A program made the position numbers and the translations under genes. The notes beneath the pieces were generated by a model. It did not search any database and was not told the origin of the DNA. It saw only the letters and a list, made by a program, of their open reading frames with translations. Shown here in pieces: positions 58,384 through 64,000 of a DNA stretch of 64,000 bases. Source of the stretch: a virus (taxonomy: Duplodnaviria; Caudoviricetes). The stretch lies in the IMG/VR virus record IMGVR_UViG_3300029305_003510, positions 32,001 to 96,000 of that record. The stretch is one strand, 5' to 3'. Within the stretch, counting starts at the first letter, position 1; every line of letters starts with the position of its first letter.

Positions 58384-59456
58384 TTCGGTGTGTAAATTTA
58401 CATTATTTCATTTTGATTAATGTAATATTTATATAATGTGGTGCCGCCATATAGGAAACTTATGGTGGAAACTCCGTAAACCTGTGATCCGCAGGGTGTG
58501 AAGATAACGAATAGTTACATCAGGAAATGGGTGTTTAATATCTTTGCTAACCGGGAACTGCAAGTGTGACGACTTGTTAATCCGGTGCCACGTTCAAATT
58601 TATTTATACCATCACATTCATATTCTATAGGAAAGGAGGGTGCATTATGAGCAAAGTTCAGGTTAATACATTATGGTCATTGGAAAACATAAAAGACCAA
58701 TACATATTTGATACTGAAACTCTTGATATTACAAATATATGGAGTGGCAGAATTATTTCTGTGTATATAGATAAACGTGGATATCCTGCTGTATCTATGA
58801 GTTTGAAAAATCCAACAAAAACTGGCAGAAGATATGCTAATGTAAAATATCATAAAATTATTGCATTAGCATGTATAAACAATGGTCCATATAAGCTCAT
58901 TGAACATCTTGATGATAATCCATTAAACTTTCATCCGAGCAATCTTAAGTTTTCAACTCAAACCGAAAATGCAAAAACTATGCGTGCAAATGGAATCAAT
59001 AATCATATTGATTCAATCTTTGAGTTGATGCTAACAGATGGAACGAAGTATATTGGAACAACAAAAGAGATTTCAGAGCAAAGCGGTATTCGCAGAGGCG
59101 CCATATATGATAAGATGTATCAGCGATATGATAAATCTCATACAAGGACTCAGCGAAAATATAATATACAACACGTTAAACTTCTCTATTCTGGGAATGA
59201 GCGGAGGAACGCTACAAAGAAAGAAAAGGTGCTACGGGAAAGGGATAGTGATGGGTTCCTTATCCTACATAGAATTAATAATTTGAACAGGTTCAGAGAC
59301 TAACGAAAGGATAGCCGGCGCATAAGGTTTGAGTCTTATCAACTCTTAACGGCGAGTAACCGAGTAGTGTTAGCTCCGAGATGGATACGGGAGCGAAAAT
59401 GGAGGGCCCTAACTAGGTGAAGCTAGAGGGCTGAGATATAGTCCGTTGGCCCGACG
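58384..59456 (+). mobile_element. Group I intron in nrdD carrying an HNH homing endonuclease
   Basis: P1 ATGCAT|TTCG-GTGTGT with U.G at the splice site; R element TCAGAGACTA, S element AGATATAGTCC (P7 GACTA/TAGTC); terminal G; splicing restores NDMH|GGQS. Confidence 0.9.
58647..59303 (+). CDS. Intron-encoded HNH homing endonuclease with C-terminal RDSDGFLILHRI tag
   Basis: GY..V.L, HKIIA, EH.DDN.LN...SNL...T..EN. Confidence 0.85.
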   Translation: MSKVQVNTLWSLENIKDQYIFDTETLDITNIWSGRIISVYIDKRGYPAVSMSLKNPTKTGRRYANVKYHKIIALACINNGPYKLIEHLDDNPLNFHPSNLKFSTQTENAKTMRANGINNHIDSIFELMLTDGTKYIGTTKEISEQSGIRRGAIYDKMYQRYDKSHTRTQRKYNIQHVKLLYSGNERRNATKKEKVLRERDSDGFLILHRINNLNRFRD

Positions 59457-61151
59457 GGTGGGCAATCTATACCAAACTTTGAATACGGTCTTGCAATCGG
59501 TGTGCATAAAAGTTTTCGCAAGGCTATTATTCAGAAAATTCTTGATTATCTCAATATCATTGCAGGCATTGAGTATCAGTCTTTGAAGACTGAAATTAAA
59601 GCCAGTGTTGATCACTACATTGCTAATGGTGTCAAGCTGAATGAGTATGTTGCGGAAGAAAACATGTCCAAGGATCCTTCTAGGATTATAGCAATCTCTG
59701 ATATTATTCGCAATTATACCAATACGGATATTAGTTTTGATACGGCTAGCAATATTCTTAAAAGTGCAATTCGGACTGTTGTTGATGAAACACATCAGGC
59801 CACTGAAGCTGTTATCCATAATCTTAACAGTATGCATTCTCGTGCTGGCGCACAGGTACCATTTTCTTCTTTGAACTATGGCACGGATACCACAGATGCT
59901 GGTAGACTTGTTATTAGAGAAACTTTGAATGCTGTAAATGAAGGTCTCGGTAACGGTGAAACGGCAATCTTCCCCATCTCTATTTTCCGAGTAAAAGATG
60001 GAATCAATTTTAAACCCGGGGATCCTAATTACGATCTCTATAGATATTCTATGGAGGTTACTGCTAAGAGACTATTCCCGAATTATGAGTTTCTTGATGC
60101 ACCGTTCAATCTGCAGTATTATGTAGAAGGTAAACCTGAAACATACGTTGCTACGATGGGATGTAGGACTCGTGTTATGGGCAATATCAACGGTCCTGAG
60201 ATCTCTCATGGTCGTGGTAATCTGTCTTTTACAACCATCAACCTTCCCCGTCTTGCGATCAAGGCTGAAAAGAATATTGATAAATTCTTTGATGAGCTTG
60301 CTCATATGCTTCAGCTCGTCGAAGAACAGTTATATTTAAGATATAAATACCAGAGTACAAAGAAAGTTCTTAATTTCCCATTCCTTATGGGTGAGAGTCT
60401 TTGGTTGGATTCTGATAAACTTGAATACAATGATAGCGTGAAGGAAGTTCTCAAGCATGGCACATTAAGTATTGGGTTTATCGGCCTCGCCGAGGCTCTG
60501 GTAGCTTTGATTGGTAAGCATCATGGTGAGTCCAAAGAAGCTCAAGAACTCGGTCTTAAGATCATTGGGTTTATGCGCAAGTGGTGTGATGATGCAAGTC
60601 AGAGACATTACTTAAACTACAGTCTTCTGCAAACCCCGGCCGAAGGGCTTTCTGGAAGATTTACTCGTCTTGATAGAAAACGCTATGGCATTATTCCCGG
60701 TGTAACTGATAGAGAATACTATACTAATTCGAGTCATGTACCCGTTTACTATGAGATTAATGCTTTTGATAAGATTGCTATCGAAGCGCCATATCATGCT
60801 CTGTGTAATGCAGGACATATTGCATATATCGAGATGGATGGAGATCCCAGTAAGAATGTCGATGCAATCGAGCAGATTCTTGCCCATATGAAGAATTGTG
60901 GTATCGGATATGGATCTATCAACCATCCTGTCGACTATGATCCTGTCTGTGGTTACACTGGTATCATTGATGATGTATGCCCTCGCTGTGGTAGACGCGA
61001 AGGTGAACCTGTGGCAGTAGATAAGCTTCGTCATCTGGGTGTGTGGAAGCATCATGCAGCGGATCCGATTGCATATCGTCCGGATCCCAACGAGGAAGCT
61101 GATAAAATTCCAAATATTTTCGTATACACACCGAAGAAGGAGAATGAATGA
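59457..61151 (+). CDS. nrdD: NrdD exon 2; ends after the CxxC Zn site and lacks the glycyl-radical loop
   Basis: GGQSIPNF, HNLNSMHSRAGAQVPFSS, IFPI, MGCRT, GRGNL..TTINLP, TPAEGL, YYTNS, C..CG..CP.CG. Confidence 0.93.
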   Translation, partial: GGQSIPNFEYGLAIGVHKSFRKAIIQKILDYLNIIAGIEYQSLKTEIKASVDHYIANGVKLNEYVAEENMSKDPSRIIAISDIIRNYTNTDISFDTASNILKSAIRTVVDETHQATEAVIHNLNSMHSRAGAQVPFSSLNYGTDTTDAGRLVIRETLNAVNEGLGNGETAIFPISIFRVKDGINFKPGDPNYDLYRYSMEVTAKRLFPNYEFLDAPFNLQYYVEGKPETYVATMGCRTRVMGNINGPEISHGRGNLSFTTINLPRLAIKAEKNIDKFFDELAHMLQLVEEQLYLRYKYQSTKKVLNFPFLMGESLWLDSDKLEYNDSVKEVLKHGTLSIGFIGLAEALVALIGKHHGESKEAQELGLKIIGFMRKWCDDASQRHYLNYSLLQTPAEGLSGRFTRLDRKRYGIIPGVTDREYYTNSSHVPVYYEINAFDKIAIEAPYHALCNAGHIAYIEMDGDPSKNVDAIEQILAHMKNCGIGYGSINHPVDYDPVCGYTGIIDDVCPRCGRREGEPVAVDKLRHLGVWKHHAADPIAYRPDPNEEADKIPNIFVYTPKKENE

Positions 61152-61666
61152 GTAAGATCAGAGTAGCGGGTGTGATTGAGAATTCTACTGTTGACGGCCC
61201 CGGATTCCGCACAGTAATTTTTACTCAAGGATGTCCGCATCATTGTGAAGGGTGTCATAATCCGGAAACCTGGTCTTGTGATGGTGGGACTTTAATTGAA
61301 GTGAAAGATCTTGCTGATCTTATCATGAAAAATCCATATTGTACTGCAATCACATTATCTGGTGGCGAACCAATGAGTCAAGCTGCTGAATTGTGTGAAT
61401 TGTTGGATGTGTTTGAAAGTGCTGGTAAGAGCTATCATGTGATGACTTTTACTGGATATACATTTGAACACCTGTGGGATAGTGGTTCCAACCACATGAA
61501 AGAACTAATTTCTCGATCTGATCTAGTGGTCGATGGGCCATTCATTATGACTGAGAAATCGTTGGAATTGTACTACCGAGGTTCGCGGAATCAACGAATT
61601 TTGGAAGGAAAGTCCTCGATCATGTTAGGTCGGCCGGTGCTTGCAAAGATCGGAGATCAGATCTAG
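61148..61666 (+). CDS. nrdG: Anaerobic RNR activating enzyme (radical SAM)
   Basis: VDGPG.R, QGC.HHC.GCHNP, LSGGEP, TGYT, DG.F, RGS.NQR. Confidence 0.95.
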   Translation: MSKIRVAGVIENSTVDGPGFRTVIFTQGCPHHCEGCHNPETWSCDGGTLIEVKDLADLIMKNPYCTAITLSGGEPMSQAAELCELLDVFESAGKSYHVMTFTGYTFEHLWDSGSNHMKELISRSDLVVDGPFIMTEKSLELYYRGSRNQRILEGKSSIMLGRPVLAKIGDQI

Positions 61667-61706
61667 AAAGACTTATAAATTCTACTTCGAAGGAGTGTTT
61701 TGCTAC

Positions 61707-62884
61707 ATGAAGACTTTTGTAAGAAATGGTATTGAAATGGTTGGCGAAGGAGTTCGCTTTGATCGTATCAGGCGTGTTACCGGTTGACCTACCAAATAGG
61801 CCGGTGCCCATGGTGACATGGGGCAATAAAATCCATTAAACTGTCGGGGACGATCCTTAGAGCTCTGAATACTAAGTATATGCAGTGATGTATATATGGC
61901 AAAGTGTAACGGCTTTGGTATAGTAACAACGTCAGAGATTGGACAATCCGCAGCGAAACCTCTGTTTATTTCAGAGGGACGTTCAACGATTATAATATGG
62001 AGAGTTTAGCTATGAGTAAAAAACCAGAAATAAAACCTACTGATAATGAAATTGAATATGTTACAGAATGGTATGGTATAAAGAAGGCTGCAGAAATTGC
62101 GGATGATCTTGAAATCTCTGTGAATCGTGTATATAATATTTGCAGATTTATAGGATTTAAACATTTAAATCGCAATTTCCTAATAATGTATGATCAGGAG
62201 CAAATTATCCTCGGTGGAATTCTCGGTGATGGTAATATTAAACGCAATGGTAGTAATTATTACTATCGAGAATCTCATTCCGAAAAAGAGAAAGAATACT
62301 GCTACTGGAAATTTAAGATGCTAGAAAACTTGGCGTCTAAACGAGGGTTCGGTATTTCCGATAAACGTGATGGACAATATGGTTTTCAAACAATAAACTC
62401 ACCAGCATTTAAGAAATATAAGAAAATGTCTAAAAGTGAGGTTATTGATAACTTAGATATACTAGGGGCTTTGGTATATTTTCTCGATGATGGATGGATG
62501 AAATCTACCGGGTTTTGTTTGTCTACAGGCATACTCGATGAAAATGAGCGTGAATTATTAAAGGCCAAACTTGATAAACTATTTAGAATCGATTGTCACC
62601 TTATTGGCAATGAGACTTTATCAGTAACAAAGAAAGATATTATTAAGTTAATTAAAGCGTTTAAGAAGTATATCCCTCATAACATTGATGTATACAGGAA
62701 GAAAGTGCAGCCGCTCATAGATAAATTTAAGGTATAATCTAATCCTCCCAGAAATGGAAGGCAGCCAATGTATCTGGTAGGCACATTGGATCGTTTTAAT
62801 GATGCGAAGCGTGCTGAAGAACATGATCGCGTGAAGCATTCTGTTGGCATGCCGCTTAAGTTACAGGTAGGTGAAAGTGCGTGA
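61707..62884 (+). CDS. Stand-alone NrdD glycyl-radical peptide (63 aa), spliced: exon 1 61707-61784, exon 2 62771-62884
   Basis: Spliced product MKTFVRNGIEMVGEGVRFDRIRRVTG|YLVGTLDRFNDAKRAEEHDRVKH... contains the NrdD R.xGYL radical motif; AAGGAG SD. Confidence 0.88.
61785..62770 (+). mobile_element. Group I intron carrying a LAGLIDADG homing endonuclease
   Basis: P1 ACCGGT/GCCGGT with U.G; P10 CCTACCA/TGGTAGG; Q AATCCGCAGC; R TCAACGATTA, S AAGGTATAATC; terminal G. Confidence 0.9.
61997..62737 (+). CDS. Intron-encoded LAGLIDADG homing endonuclease with N-terminal HTH-like region
   Basis: IILGGILGDG, H...K.Y..WK, ALVYFLDDG. Confidence 0.88.
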   Translation: MESLAMSKKPEIKPTDNEIEYVTEWYGIKKAAEIADDLEISVNRVYNICRFIGFKHLNRNFLIMYDQEQIILGGILGDGNIKRNGSNYYYRESHSEKEKEYCYWKFKMLENLASKRGFGISDKRDGQYGFQTINSPAFKKYKKMSKSEVIDNLDILGALVYFLDDGWMKSTGFCLSTGILDENERELLKAKLDKLFRIDCHLIGNETLSVTKKDIIKLIKAFKKYIPHNIDVYRKKVQPLIDKFKV

Positions 62885-63384
62885 ATGGTGCCGCTATTGA
62901 GGAACGTATCTGGGTCGTTCACAATGGCGCTACAACCACTACTACGCTAAGAGATCTTTATGCAGCTTATGTTGCCGGTCGACTGGGGGAATACCGCATT
63001 TATTATGTGGACCCTCAGTCGATCGAAGACTCTCGAAAAGATGATATGAAGAAACCTCTTGTTGGTACAATGAGTATTCTTGAAGTAATCAATAATGGGA
63101 TTCATCAGAAAGTGGTTGTTACGTCGGAGGATGATCTCACTGTTACAATGGGAGCAACTGGGACGTTGCTCGATTATGCTGACTGGGAGCCTACGCATCT
63201 TACTGTGAATTTTGCTCCGAATACGAAACATTTCGTTTCAGCACTGAGTGGAATTGGTGGGGCTCCTGGGGATAAGATCTTTATTCGCAAGATTAAGTCT
63301 TATCGAATGACAGGATCTTGTAATGTCGTTACATTACCAACACCCAATATGATTTCAGTGAACGGCTTTGTGGTTATGTGTTAA
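62881..63384 (+). CDS. Stand-alone degenerate Hint/intein-like domain protein
   Basis: Intein-like block spacing (IWVVHNG...LRDL; RIYYVD; VINNG...VVVTSEDD; KIKSY..TG..V..L..PN...NGFVV) but no catalytic Cys1, TxxH or His-Asn. Confidence 0.45.
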   Translation: MNGAAIEERIWVVHNGATTTTTLRDLYAAYVAGRLGEYRIYYVDPQSIEDSRKDDMKKPLVGTMSILEVINNGIHQKVVVTSEDDLTVTMGATGTLLDYADWEPTHLTVNFAPNTKHFVSALSGIGGAPGDKIFIRKIKSYRMTGSCNVVTLPTPNMISVNGFVVMC

Positions 63385-63416
63385 TTATTAATTGATTAAT
63401 ACTATAACTAATTTAT

Positions 63417-64000
63417 AAGCTCGAAGTTGCTAGCGGGCTATTGAGGTACGATTCGGTTGGGCTGCCCTGGCGGGGTGATATGTGGAATCATCCTGCCCTC
63501 GTGCGTGCATGTGGCGGCCCGTTGTGCCTTGCCATTTTAGGCGTCCGGTGATAGCGGGGAATTCACTCGGCGCTAATTCCAGCTCAGTACAGTCGTAGTG
63601 TCAACGCTGTATGGTCAGATTAGCGACACGCCGATAATAAGGTCTGGCTTTAGGCGGCTAATCATTGAATGTATACCAGAACCGAGCGCAGGATATAAAA
63701 TAAGAAATCCGGTAACAATGCTACAGGACAAGTAGTATGCGCCGATAGGACTCTATGAGCGAGAGTCCTAGTTACTGGTCTATTTGAGGATTGAGAGTCG
63801 AGAACTACATTGAGGCGAAACTGGGATCTTTTATTAATCCTGCTTAACTGTGGTATTTGGGCCAACGAATACGCGCTGGCAAGTCCTCGGTAAATTACGT
63901 CGGGATATATCAGATCTGACGGATGCGGTGTGGTAATGGCAGAGCTATTGTTCTAGGCCGTTATGTAAATGTGTCTCGACTCTCTTTCCTCGGTAGTATT
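63417..64000 (+). ncRNA. Candidate large structured ncRNA (>580 nt, continues beyond the window)
   Basis: ORF-poor and GC-rich. Helices 63459-63466/63513-63520, 63469-63479/63487-63497, 63746-63754/63762-63770, 63793-63803/63974-63984. Promoter variant AACTAATTTATA at 63406-63417. Confidence 0.55.

Noticed and set aside
58384-58395. NrdD apparently ending at ...MHFGV* as a truncated gene or pseudogene
   Set aside because: Explained by the group I intron; splicing restores the frame and the conserved HGGQS
63501-63505. GTGCG as a group II intron 5' end
   Set aside because: It lies inside a predicted helix-enclosed region with no interrupted gene, and no domain V or RT ORF is visible within the window; it cannot be excluded without downstream sequence
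1-64000. Stop-codon reassignment (common in gut jumbo phages)
   Set aside because: Genes are full-length under code 11, and TAG, TGA and TAA all serve as real stops (e.g. TAG at 50580, 51082, 61666). No convincing suppressor tRNA is present.
1-64000. CRISPR array, retron or DGR
   Set aside because: No regularly spaced direct repeats, no reverse-transcriptase motifs and no TR/VR pair were seen

Overview
This window is a 64-kb segment of a jumbo myophage of the phiKZ/AR9(PBS1)-like type that encodes its own multisubunit RNA polymerase. Its host is probably an anaerobic Firmicute (Clostridia-like), judged from the SH3/NlpC-type endolysin, the class III RNR and the strong AGGAGG Shine-Dalgarno sites. 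It uses the standard genetic code. Coding content: a cluster of paralogous internal-head/virion proteins with L/I/M-x-E maturation-like motifs; baseplate/tail genes, a 3571-aa tape-measure/lysin and a PAAR protein; split RNAP beta and beta' subunits; dCTP deaminase, FolD, RusA, RNase H, a kinase-like protein and a minimal PolB-like protein. It also holds a class III ribonucleotide reductase locus in which NrdD is split into a large subunit and a 63-aa glycyl-radical peptide, each interrupted by a group I intron carrying a homing endonuclease. Non-coding content: tRNA-Leu(CAG) inside a ~1-kb cluster of structured and tRNA-scaffolded RNAs, a candidate >580-nt structured RNA running off the right edge, AR9-like late promoters (AACA-N6-TA), a TATATA(C/T)TATA early-promoter-like motif, and an inverted-repeat-rich divergent intergenic region. 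The most notable candidates for something undescribed are: (1) a short terminal peptide tag (R-D-x-D/Q-G-F-x-x-L / F-x-x-L-[IV]-P-[RK]) shared by at least seven unrelated proteins, including a homing endonuclease; (2) tRNA-scaffolded ncRNAs with large inserts; (3) a stand-alone, catalytically degenerate intein-like (Hint) gene next to the split RNR. All protein family calls come from motif recognition by eye; no database searches were run.
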